DNA of 64,000 nucleotides, taken from positions 3,401 to 67,400 of the forward strand of contig CAYRBH010000005.1 of NCBI GenBank assembly GCA_964422585.1, given 5' to 3'. The position numbers and the translations under genes are program-made. Of the stretch, positions 9,460 to 17,901 are shown in pieces. The notes below the pieces were generated by a model, which did no database searches, had not been told where the DNA came from, and was given only the letters and a program-made list of their open reading frames with translations. The DNA is from an uncultured Gammaproteobacteria bacterium. GTDB lineage: Bacteria > Patescibacteriota > Patescibacteriia > UBA1558 > 2-01-FULL-52-15. Position 1 is the stretch's first letter. Each line of letters starts with the position of its first letter.

Positions 9460-10485
9460 GTGTATTTGGACCGCTATAATTTTACTTTCCCTAAGGCATT
9501 GATAGCCCAGAAGCCTGTGCATCCGCGTGATGCCGCGCGGCTTCTTATTTTCGATCGCAGAAAGAAGAAGACGGCTTTCGTAACCTTTAAGGATCTGCCC
9601 AAGTTCTTGCCTAGCGGATCCGTACTGGTCTTGAATCAGACCAAGGTCATCCCGGCGCGGCTGTTCGTGAAGAAAGAGACAGGCGGCAGGGTCGAAATAC
9701 TTTATCTGAGCACAGAGGGGAAGAACATCAAAGCATTAGCGAATAAGAAAGTAGCCATTGGAGCGCGACTCATCCTCTCCAAGAGGTTTTCTTTCGTTGT
9801 TATGAAGCAGGTAGGTTCAGAGTATTTCTTGAAGCCATCATTTCCTCTCAAAGAATTGGATGGCATTTTTGAACGATATGGGCATACTCCGCTACCGCCC
9901 TATATTAAACATTCACTGCTCTCAGAAAAGAAGTTGCGAGAGGAATACCAGACTGTCTTCGCGAAAGAAAGGGGTTCGGTCGCAGCGCCTACAGCTTCGT
10001 TGCACATTACGAATAGACTTTTGAAAGAGTTACAGCGTCGAGGTATCGCTGTAGTATATGTGACATTGCATGTCGGTCTTGGCACTTTTGCTTCAGTTAC
10101 TGAGCGGCACATACGCTCAAAGACATTGCACCATGAGCGTTATCATATCTCGAAAGAGGCTGCGACATTTTTGAATCGAGCCAAGAAAGAAGGACGGCCA
10201 ATCATTGCGGTGGGCACGACCGTTGTACGCACATTAGAGTCGTCGGCTAGTTCTCGTCGGCATTGTAGAGAGGCGGTATCCGGAGACACAAGCCTTTTCA
10301 TTCAGGAAGGCTATCAATTCAAGTTCATTGACGGCATGATCACGAATTTCCACGTGCCGAAGTCGAGTTTATTGATGCTTGTCTCCGCTTTCGTAGGACG
10401 TGCTCAGGTTTTGAAATTATATCGCCACGCTATTCGAAAGAAGTTTCGATTATTTTCATTCGGTGACGGGATGCTTTTGCTTTGA
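9460..10485 (+). CDS. queA: S-adenosylmethionine:tRNA ribosyltransferase-isomerase
   Basis: NQTKVIPARL, PLPPYI, GSVAAPTASLH, TLHVGLGTF, TNFHVPKS, FSFGDGM. Confidence 0.96.
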   Translation: MYLDRYNFTFPKALIAQKPVHPRDAARLLIFDRRKKKTAFVTFKDLPKFLPSGSVLVLNQTKVIPARLFVKKETGGRVEILYLSTEGKNIKALANKKVAIGARLILSKRFSFVVMKQVGSEYFLKPSFPLKELDGIFERYGHTPLPPYIKHSLLSEKKLREEYQTVFAKERGSVAAPTASLHITNRLLKELQRRGIAVVYVTLHVGLGTFASVTERHIRSKTLHHERYHISKEAATFLNRAKKEGRPIIAVGTTVVRTLESSASSRRHCREAVSGDTSLFIQEGYQFKFIDGMITNFHVPKSSLLMLVSAFVGRAQVLKLYRHAIRKKFRLFSFGDGMLLL

Positions 10486-10487
10486 AA

Positions 10488-10775
10488 TTGGGAAGGGTGT
10501 CCGCACCTCTTCCCGATAGGCCTTCTGGCTTTGGTTCGGTGCAGACACCCTTTGTGCCCGTGCGCGCAAAGTCCCTGTGGACTTAAGCTAACGAACGGCA
10601 CGCGTCATGGAAATTTTACGAGCGGCGCATGATCGCTCTGGCGACCTCCTTCCGACGTTGCGGTCCGTCGTGTTCGTGGGAACAATAGTTGCACACCCAG
10701 CTTCCGGCCTATCAGCGGTGCGTCCGCTTTGCCGTAGGCACACAATGCGCAGAGCTGCTGTTCACGCGTGTACAT
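10488..10775 (-). ncRNA. Candidate structured non-coding transcript of unknown class
   Basis: TTGACA(10802-10807)-17-TATTCT(10779-10784) promoter, several hairpins, terminator-like 3' end, no convincing ORF. Confidence 0.35.
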
Positions 10776-10866
10776 AACAGAATAGACTCTTCTTTTTTTG
10801 TTGTCAATTACATCAATACAGGCACGCAGTACCATGGACTAAGCTCGCATATGCTATACTGCATAC

Positions 10867-11697
10867 ATGCACAGAACAGCAACAGCCCGAGAGATACGAA
10901 CATTTCGAAAGCTTCTCTACGATTTTTTCAAAAAAGAGGGGCGAGACTTGCCTTGGAGGAACACGAAAGACCCCTATCATATCCTTGTTTCGGAAATAAT
11001 GCTGCAGCAAACCCAAGTCGATCGAACGATACCAAAATTCAAGGAGTTTATTCGCACATTTCCTACGGCCCAGAAACTTGCCACGGCCTCGACTAAGAAA
11101 GTGCTGCAAGTTTGGCAAGGAATGGGCTATAACAGGCGAGTGTTGAATCTGCAGAAAGCAGCACAGGCTATCGTGACGCGCTATGCAGGCACGGTGCCGC
11201 ACACGATCGAGCAGTTGGTTGATTTACCGGGCATCGGTCCCTATACTGCGCGAGCCATCATGGCTTTTGCATTCGATCAGCCGGTGGTCCTTATAGAGAC
11301 CAATGTACGCACGGTGTACTTATATCATTTTTTCCCGAAGAAACAAAAGGTACGTGATGATGTTCTAATGCCTTTGATCGAGCAAACACTCGATAGCAAG
11401 CATCCGCGTCAATGGTACTCTGCTCTGATGGACTATGGCTCGTATTTGAAAAAGACAGTACCGAATCCTTCTCGCAGGAGCATACATCATACGAAGCAAT
11501 CGAAATTCGAAGGCTCACTTCGGCAAGCGCGGGGCGCTGTGCTGCGTTCACTACTTGGGACGAGTCAGCTTTCAGCCGAACAGATAGCTCATGCATCAGG
11601 TATCGAAGCGCCTCGAGTTCGTGAAGCACTTGCTGCGCTCCGGGCAGAGGGGATAGTGATGTTCGGCAAGAAAGGCTATCACTTGGTTGAGCACTAG
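10867..11697 (+). CDS. mutY: A/G-specific adenine glycosylase lacking the Fe-S cluster motif
   Basis: RDLPWR, SEIMLQQT, GMGYNRR, HhH LPGIGPYTA, ETNVR, ALMDYG; no Cys cluster. Confidence 0.88.
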   Translation: MHRTATAREIRTFRKLLYDFFKKEGRDLPWRNTKDPYHILVSEIMLQQTQVDRTIPKFKEFIRTFPTAQKLATASTKKVLQVWQGMGYNRRVLNLQKAAQAIVTRYAGTVPHTIEQLVDLPGIGPYTARAIMAFAFDQPVVLIETNVRTVYLYHFFPKKQKVRDDVLMPLIEQTLDSKHPRQWYSALMDYGSYLKKTVPNPSRRSIHHTKQSKFEGSLRQARGAVLRSLLGTSQLSAEQIAHASGIEAPRVREALAALRAEGIVMFGKKGYHLVEH

Positions 11698-11761
11698 GCA
11701 TACCTGCTCGCTTGACCCCCAGAGAGAGGCTGGCATATACTGAAGCTACCCAGTCAATCAT

Positions 11762-12196
11762 ATGCAGAACAAAAACATACAGCTCGTTCCGATCATGCTC
11801 CTCTATGCAGTGGCGTTCATGGTCACTGGATGCGCAACATCAACGAAACAAGCTCCTGCTGCAGCAGCGAGTCCTACGCAACAACAGAATACGAACACGA
11901 CTGCAGCGCCGGTTCAGCCAGGACCCAAGGAATTTTCGATCACTGCCTCGAATTTCTCCTATGACGTGAAAGAGATAGATGTGAACAAGGGTGACACAGT
12001 AACTATACATGTCAAAGATGTGGAAGGGTATCATGATTGGGTCATCGATGCGTTCAAGACCAGAACCAAACAGCTGCAGCCAGGCGAAACTGCTACGATC
12101 ACGTTCGTAGCGGATCAGACTGGCAGCTTCGAATATTACAGTAGTATAGGTCAGCAGCGATCGATCGGCATGACCGGGAAAGTAGTGGTCCATTAA
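11762..12196 (+). CDS. Cupredoxin-domain lipoprotein with degenerate Cu site
   Basis: Lipobox VTGC; VNKGDTV, HDW, GSFEYY...GMTG; promoter TTGACC-18-TATACT upstream. Confidence 0.8.
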   Translation: MQNKNIQLVPIMLLYAVAFMVTGCATSTKQAPAAAASPTQQQNTNTTAAPVQPGPKEFSITASNFSYDVKEIDVNKGDTVTIHVKDVEGYHDWVIDAFKTRTKQLQPGETATITFVADQTGSFEYYSSIGQQRSIGMTGKVVVH

Positions 12197-12234
12197 ATAA
12201 TTCGAGGGCATAGTAAGTCGGACAGTATACGATT

Positions 12235-12957
12235 ATGATAGACACAGGTATCATCGGTATCGGAGTAGCTTTTGCCGGCGGGTTGGTCTCATTTTTTGCG
12301 CCCTGCATCTTGCCGTTGATCCCGGGGTTTCTGGCCTACCTTGCTGGCACCACGGTCGCTGGCGCTCAGGTCAAACGAAAAGACATGTTCATTCACAGCT
12401 TACTCTTCGTATGTGGGTTCTCATTGGTCTTTTCATTGCTTGGAGTATTGTTGAATACGGTGCTGCAACACGCCGCCTATAGCGTGCAAGAGTGGCTCTC
12501 GCGTATCGGTGGTATTATCATTATCTTTTTTGGATTATATATTACTGGTTTATTGCATATCGGATTTCTAGAGAAAACATTGAAGATACAAGTGCGAGAG
12601 AAAAGCAGCCGCTCTCGCTATGTGACATCCATACTGTTTGGCGCGGCCTTTGCTGCCGGCTGGACCCCATGCGTCGGCATTGCTCTCGGGGCTATTTTGG
12701 GTCTTGCCGCGTCACAACCAGGCATCTCATTCTATCTATTGTTGGCCTACTCTATAGGATTGGGCATTCCCTTCCTTATCGCTGGTGTCTTCGCAGCAGA
12801 AGTACAGCGGGGCTTGCACCGTCTTGGTGTGATCGCCCAGTATATTAATATTCTGTTTGGCATCATCCTTATCATCCTGGGTATCCTTATTTTCACTCAA
12901 AATCTTGCCCAAATCGCTAATTGGGATCTATTAAATCAAGTGCTATTAAGCAAATAA
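12235..12957 (+). CDS. ccdA: CcdA/DsbD-family transmembrane thiol reductase
   Basis: SFFAPCILPLIP and GWTPCVG motifs, about 6 TMs. Confidence 0.9.
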   Translation: MIDTGIIGIGVAFAGGLVSFFAPCILPLIPGFLAYLAGTTVAGAQVKRKDMFIHSLLFVCGFSLVFSLLGVLLNTVLQHAAYSVQEWLSRIGGIIIIFFGLYITGLLHIGFLEKTLKIQVREKSSRSRYVTSILFGAAFAAGWTPCVGIALGAILGLAASQPGISFYLLLAYSIGLGIPFLIAGVFAAEVQRGLHRLGVIAQYINILFGIILIILGILIFTQNLAQIANWDLLNQVLLSK

Positions 12958-12961
12958 TCCT

Positions 12962-14080
12962 ATGCAAGAACGAATTCGACTGCTGTTACTGTGCCTTGTT
13001 ATCGGGGTCATTATCGGGGCTATCGTCTATCTGCAAAAGCAGAAGGTAAATCCGATAGCAAGTTCTTCTGGTTCCCAGCAAGCAGCGATCGTTCCGAAAG
13101 GGCTCTCTATGACTGCGGCTGAAAAAGCTAAAAAATATCCTGTAGCGAAAGAGATCAGCACACCTGACGGATTCATCAATACTGACAAGATCAGTATCGG
13201 TGATCTGATCGGTAAGAAGGTCATTCTCGTCGATTTCTGGACCTATAGCTGTATTAATTGTCAGCGCACGACGCCGTATCTGAATGCTTGGTATGATAAG
13301 TATAAGGACCAGGGTCTCGAGATCATCGGTATTCATACGCCGGAATTTGATTTTGAAAAAAATTATGACAATGTAAAAAAAGCAGTCGAGAAAGAAGGTA
13401 TCAAGTTTCCGGTCGTTCTGGATAATGACTACTCGACCTGGATGGCCTATGGTAATGAGTATTGGCCGCGCAAGTACCTGATCGATATCGATGGGTATAT
13501 TGTCTATGATCATATCGGCGAGGGCGCGTATGACGAGACCGAGCAGAAGATACAGGCAGCTCTTGCTGAGCGTATGGCAGCTTTGAAGGAGAATGGCACG
13601 GTACAGTCGGGCCTTGTATCGCCAGATCATGTAGAGATCCCGAAGGCCCAAAGTCCCGAGACCTATTTTGGCGCATCGAGGAATAATCTGGGCTCGGGTA
13701 CTTCGCAGGCCGTTGGTGAACAGTCATTCACGAAACCAGCGAGTCTGGTCAATGATACAGGCTATTTGGTCGGGGATTGGGATATACAGAATGAGTATGC
13801 GCAGTCGAAAAGTGACAATGCGAGCGTACTATTCCGCTACACGGCTGAGAATGTCTATGTCGTCGCCAGTAGCGACACGCCTGTTCGGGCTAAAGTACTG
13901 ATCGACGGCCAGCCGGTAGGTGATCGAGCGGGTGCCGATGTCGGCAGTGATGGCTCGGTGATGATTAGCGGCGATCAGTTATTCGAGTTGGTAGCTGATC
14001 CGAAAGGAGTAGGCACCCATACCCTTGAATTGCAGATCGAGAAGCCAGGCGCCAAGGTATTCACATTCACTTTCGGATAG
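12962..14080 (+). CDS. Membrane-anchored TlpA/DipZ-like thioredoxin with C-terminal DipZ domain
   Basis: DFWTYSCINC, HTPEF, YWP, GEGAY, SPETYFG, terminal FTFG. Confidence 0.9.
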   Translation: MQERIRLLLLCLVIGVIIGAIVYLQKQKVNPIASSSGSQQAAIVPKGLSMTAAEKAKKYPVAKEISTPDGFINTDKISIGDLIGKKVILVDFWTYSCINCQRTTPYLNAWYDKYKDQGLEIIGIHTPEFDFEKNYDNVKKAVEKEGIKFPVVLDNDYSTWMAYGNEYWPRKYLIDIDGYIVYDHIGEGAYDETEQKIQAALAERMAALKENGTVQSGLVSPDHVEIPKAQSPETYFGASRNNLGSGTSQAVGEQSFTKPASLVNDTGYLVGDWDIQNEYAQSKSDNASVLFRYTAENVYVVASSDTPVRAKVLIDGQPVGDRAGADVGSDGSVMISGDQLFELVADPKGVGTHTLELQIEKPGAKVFTFTFG

Positions 14081-14102
14081 AACAGTAGTATACTTACTAC
14101 GA

Positions 14103-14241
14103 GCGGACGAGATGTGAAGGCAACAGGGGGAAAAGTAAGCTATACGCCAACCTCCGGGGAACACCGCGCGATGTTCGCGGCCTCGAACAGGCAGGCACCT
14201 GACCGGCGTCTATCGCCCTTACACTTTCATATTTTTTCCGC
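14103..14241 (+). ncRNA. Probable 6S-like rod-shaped RNA
   Basis: Promoter TTCACT-17-TATACT (14066-14094); 5' GCGGA..GAGATGTGAAGG pairs with 3' CTTTCATATTTT..TCCGC; inner ACGCC/GGCGT and CCGCG/CGCGG stems; followed by a hairpin. Confidence 0.5.
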
Positions 14242-14242
14242 G

Positions 14243-14272
14243 GAGGCTGCGTGACTTCGGTTGCGCAGCCTC
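14243..14272 (+). terminator. Stable UUCG-capped hairpin
   Basis: GAGGCTGCGTGAC-TTCG-GTTGCGCAGCCTC. Confidence 0.55.
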
Positions 14273-14327
14273 AAACCTATTTAGAACTTGCGATTTTTCA
14301 CATCATAGGTTAGCCTATGTCAGTAAT

Positions 14328-14401
14328 GGGCCTATGGTCTAGTGGTATGACACGGCATTCGCATTGCTGAAGCGGGAGTTCGATTCTCCCTAGGTCCACC
14401 A
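14328..14401 (+). tRNA. tRNA-Ala(CGC)
   Basis: Acceptor GGGCCTA/TAGGTCC with G3:U70, anticodon arm CGGCA-TTCGCAT-TGCTG, GTTCGATTC, CCA end. Confidence 0.93.
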
Positions 14402-14433
14402 AAAATATTAATTCTCACAGTTGAGCACCGACT

Positions 14434-14784
14434 ATGAATGAGATGTTAAGAGATGCTTATCATGAAGGCGAGCCAGATCTTCACCTTGAGGAGGATAACT
14501 GGCTTGCATTGCCGGAGGAACTCAGAGAACGCATCGAAGGCTATATACAAGGCACCGCAGTTGACTGGAGCGAGGAAGAGCGGGTTCAGTTACAGCGCTA
14601 TTTACGATGGAATTTGATCTATCTGCATAAACTTATCTATAAGGAACAGCAAGAGCATGCGGCCGAAGGAACGGATGTTATAATGAAAGGGCTACTCGAG
14701 AGATATCAGGCGGTGCAGCGACGTATAGAGATGAAAGTGCTCGCGGATGCATTGCATCGTGAGCAGGAGAAAGAGCAGCAATGA
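14434..14784 (+). CDS. Hypothetical acidic helical protein
   Basis: ORF packed with the downstream gene. Confidence 0.55.
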   Translation: MNEMLRDAYHEGEPDLHLEEDNWLALPEELRERIEGYIQGTAVDWSEEERVQLQRYLRWNLIYLHKLIYKEQQEHAAEGTDVIMKGLLERYQAVQRRIEMKVLADALHREQEKEQQ

Positions 14785-14793
14785 TCTAAGAGT

Positions 14794-15285
14794 ATGGATT
14801 GGCAATTACTTTTCGGCCATAAAACAGTAGCTTTCTTCGACCTCTGGTCCATCGAGCATATCGTGAGCGGTATCTCATTCGGTTCCCTCGCCTTCCTGCA
14901 TACGCGTAAGAAATTCTCAAATGTCGTTGCTCAATTCGGCGCTACGCTTGAGCATCTCGCAGAGAAGCAGCGCGCTGTTCTCACGCGTTTCGACGTCATC
15001 ACTGTTCTCTTTATTGCTTATTTTTGGGAGACACTCGAGCACTATCTCGAGACAGGACTGCTCGGGCCCAAAGTAGTGTACTGGTTCCAGGGAGTGGAGG
15101 CTTGGGATAACCGTTTCATTTCGGATCCGTTGATGCTGCTGCTCGGCTATTGGATAGTGAAACGTTGGCCGAAACTTGTCTGGCCGGCGCGGATATTTTC
15201 TATCGTGTGGCTTTATTTCCACATTTTTGTTTTCCCGCATAGTATGTATCTGCAGGATATGTTGGACCGCATTCTGTACCATTGA
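14794..15285 (+). CDS. Membrane protein (DUF2585-like)
   Basis: DLWSIEH..SG, WETLEH, E..DNR..D motifs with TM helices. Confidence 0.7.
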   Translation: MDWQLLFGHKTVAFFDLWSIEHIVSGISFGSLAFLHTRKKFSNVVAQFGATLEHLAEKQRAVLTRFDVITVLFIAYFWETLEHYLETGLLGPKVVYWFQGVEAWDNRFISDPLMLLLGYWIVKRWPKLVWPARIFSIVWLYFHIFVFPHSMYLQDMLDRILYH

Positions 15286-15336
15286 TCGGCAGGCCTTTTT
15301 ACATGCTGGTACAGGCGTGTTAGGATGCATCCATCT

Positions 15337-16701
15337 ATGAAAAGATTCATCATACAGATTATACTCTTCTATCTTCGTTTCTGGGCCCGTCTCGCGATAG
15401 CAGTGCATCGGCCTCTAGTCATTGGTATCGCGGGTTCTGTCGGTAAATCATCGACGAAACAGGTACTGTTGGCAGCCTTAAGTTCTTTCGGTAAGACGAT
15501 TGCCACTCAGGGCAACTCAGAAACAGGCTTGCCGCTTTCTATACTCGGTGTGCAGGTGGATGGATATCGGATGCTTGATTGGCTTCGCTATTTGTGGCAA
15601 GCGCCATTCGGCATCTTTAACCTGGTCGGCGTTGACTATCTTATTGCTGAGATGGGCATCGATAGTCCGAGGCCGCCGAAGAATATGAGGTATCTCTTGA
15701 CGATCGTGGAGCCCGATATCGCGGTCATCGTCCAAGAATCAGCGGCACACACCGAGGAATTCGAACAGCTACTGACGCCGGAGGAGCGGAAGCATTTGTC
15801 AGACGAGCAACGTCTCCGGCGATTAGTGCAGTTTATTATTGAGGAAGATATAATGATGGCACAGACGCAGCGCTGTACCAAGGTCATCTATAATGCCGAT
15901 ACTGAGGAGCTCGCGGCAGCTATATCTCAAATCCAACATGGAGGTAAGAAGTTTTTTGCTTTCGGCGCTTCGAATCACATGGATGCCTACTATCTGACTA
16001 CAGCGACTTCTCTTGATGAAACGCGTTTCGATATGATGGTGCTGGGCGCTCCGGTAACGGTCAGGTATGCTAAAGCGGTGTTACCTCGTGAGTACCAGGA
16101 AGTGACAGCCGCGGCATTGCTGGCATGTGCAGTATTGGGGTTGAATGTGAATCAAGCTGCCGCCGCGATAGAAAAAACGGTATCCCTGCCAAAAGGCCGC
16201 GCAAGCGTGTTCAAAGGTATTGCTGCTTCGACCATACTAGATTCTTCATATAATGCTTCACGAGAATCAGTCATGGCTTTCCTGGATCTTCTGGAGCAGT
16301 TAAAGAAGCAGACAGGCAGTGTTGTTATCTTTGCTTGTGGAGATATGCGGGAGCTGGGAGCAGAAGCAAAGATTGAGCATGCGGCAGTAGCGAACAGGAT
16401 CCTCGAAGTCGTAGATATCGCTTATTGTGTTGGTGCTGTAACCAAAGATTATGTCATGCCGCTTTTGCAGGATAAAGTTCCATCGAAGTGGTTTCAGAAT
16501 GCTCGCGAGCTGGGGGCGCATTTGAAAGAGCATATGCCTCAGGGAGCAATTGTGCTTTTCAAAGGCTCGCAGAATACTATCTTTCTGGAGGAAGCCATCA
16601 AGGCTGTTCTTGCTGACCCGAACGACGAAAGAAAACTCTGCAGACAAGAGGAATATTGGTTAGCTATGAAGAAGCGGCTTGGTTTTCTGAACGAAGCATA
16701 A
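15337..16701 (+). CDS. murF: UDP-MurNAc-tripeptide:D-Ala-D-Ala ligase (N-truncated form)
   Basis: GSVGKSSTK, EMGID, DSSYNAS, GDMRELG, FKGSQ; start may be 15325. Confidence 0.88.
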   Translation: MKRFIIQIILFYLRFWARLAIAVHRPLVIGIAGSVGKSSTKQVLLAALSSFGKTIATQGNSETGLPLSILGVQVDGYRMLDWLRYLWQAPFGIFNLVGVDYLIAEMGIDSPRPPKNMRYLLTIVEPDIAVIVQESAAHTEEFEQLLTPEERKHLSDEQRLRRLVQFIIEEDIMMAQTQRCTKVIYNADTEELAAAISQIQHGGKKFFAFGASNHMDAYYLTTATSLDETRFDMMVLGAPVTVRYAKAVLPREYQEVTAAALLACAVLGLNVNQAAAAIEKTVSLPKGRASVFKGIAASTILDSSYNASRESVMAFLDLLEQLKKQTGSVVIFACGDMRELGAEAKIEHAAVANRILEVVDIAYCVGAVTKDYVMPLLQDKVPSKWFQNARELGAHLKEHMPQGAIVLFKGSQNTIFLEEAIKAVLADPNDERKLCRQEEYWLAMKKRLGFLNEA

Positions 16702-17899
16702 GCGCTTTCTCAACAGCTTTTCGCTCATCCCATGTAATCTCGCCTTCTGCCATCGCGAGTGATTGTTCATGGCCTTTCCCAGCAAGAACGATCGTGTCGC
16801 CTGGTTTCGCTATCTGTATGGCGAAGTCAATAGCTTGTTGTCGGTCAGGAATAGCATAGAGCAACTTCATGCCCGCAGGGGCTATCGTTCCTGGGTCAAG
16901 TTTGGTAAACCCAGCAATGCCTTGCGCTATCATCGCATTGATAGCAAGCACGTTCTCATCGCGAGGATCATCGGCAGTCAGTATGATAGTCGAAGCATAG
17001 CGAGCGGCAGCTCGGCCCATATCTGGGCGTTTTTTCGTGTCGCGTTTGCCGGCTGAACCGAAGAGCACGATGAGTCTGCCTTTGGTGGTTTCTTTCGCTG
17101 CCCGGAATATATTTTCAAGCGCGTTCGGCGTATGGGCGAAGTCAACAATAATGCGGAAGTCCTGATCATACACAATTTCTTGCCTTCCTTTCGGTGCGGT
17201 GAATGACTGGAGGCTCTGCACAATATCCTGCTTCGCAAGGCCGAGTTTCTCGGCGGCTGCGTAGGCTGCGAGCGCGTTCATCACATTGAATGAGCCAAGC
17301 AGCTGAAGTTTGAAAGGGTATTTCATCGGGGTATACTTCGCCTTTTGATTCACCGCCGAGTAACTGATGATCTTATCTGATCTCAATGTGCGCACTAAGA
17401 GTTCATAGGACCGGTCATCATAATTGATAATGGCGGTGTCCGCTGCTTTCAGCAAGATACATTTAGCCTGTGTATACCGTTCATAGGTTTTGTGATAATC
17501 CAGATGTTCATTCGTGATATTCGTCAGGATGCCTATGGAGAAATGGATGCCAGCGACACGGTTCTGATCCAATGCATGCGAGGTCGTCTCAAGCACGGCG
17601 TAGGTGCAGCCTTTTTGGACCGCGGTTCTTAGTAATTTTTGCACGGTGAAGGAAGAGGGTGTGGTGACGTGCAGACCAATAGCATACTGCTCATCATTGA
17701 TCAGTGCTCCGACAGTGGTAATGACGATACCTTTCTTCCCGGAGTCGCGGAGTATGCGATAGAGCATATGCGCGGTCGTCGTCTTGCCGTCAGTACCGGT
17801 AATGCCTACGACGGTAAGCTTCCGCGAGGGGAATCCATAGATCAGATTGGCTAGACAAGCCTGGATCAGATGATAGAAATTTTTGATAGATTGCCACAT
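16664..17899 (-). CDS. murE: UDP-MurNAc-dipeptide amino-acid ligase (N-truncated form)
   Basis: GTDGKTTT, HVTTP, ETTSH, EHLDYH, DFAHTP, DDPR, GKGHE; 3' end overlaps murF. Confidence 0.92.
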   Translation of the reverse strand: MWQSIKNFYHLIQACLANLIYGFPSRKLTVVGITGTDGKTTTAHMLYRILRDSGKKGIVITTVGALINDEQYAIGLHVTTPSSFTVQKLLRTAVQKGCTYAVLETTSHALDQNRVAGIHFSIGILTNITNEHLDYHKTYERYTQAKCILLKAADTAIINYDDRSYELLVRTLRSDKIISYSAVNQKAKYTPMKYPFKLQLLGSFNVMNALAAYAAAEKLGLAKQDIVQSLQSFTAPKGRQEIVYDQDFRIIVDFAHTPNALENIFRAAKETTKGRLIVLFGSAGKRDTKKRPDMGRAAARYASTIILTADDPRDENVLAINAMIAQGIAGFTKLDPGTIAPAGMKLLYAIPDRQQAIDFAIQIAKPGDTIVLAGKGHEQSLAMAEGEITWDERKAVEKALMLRSENQAASS

Positions 17900-17901
17900 A
17901 C

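Noticed and set aside
10488-10800. tmRNA, RNase P or SRP identity for the queA-mutY intergenic
   Set aside because: Lacks the tRNA-like ends, the GAGGAAAGTCC motif and the SRP domain IV motif
14402-15285. Genomic island integrated at tRNA-Ala
   Set aside because: No integrase and no duplicated tRNA 3' end found
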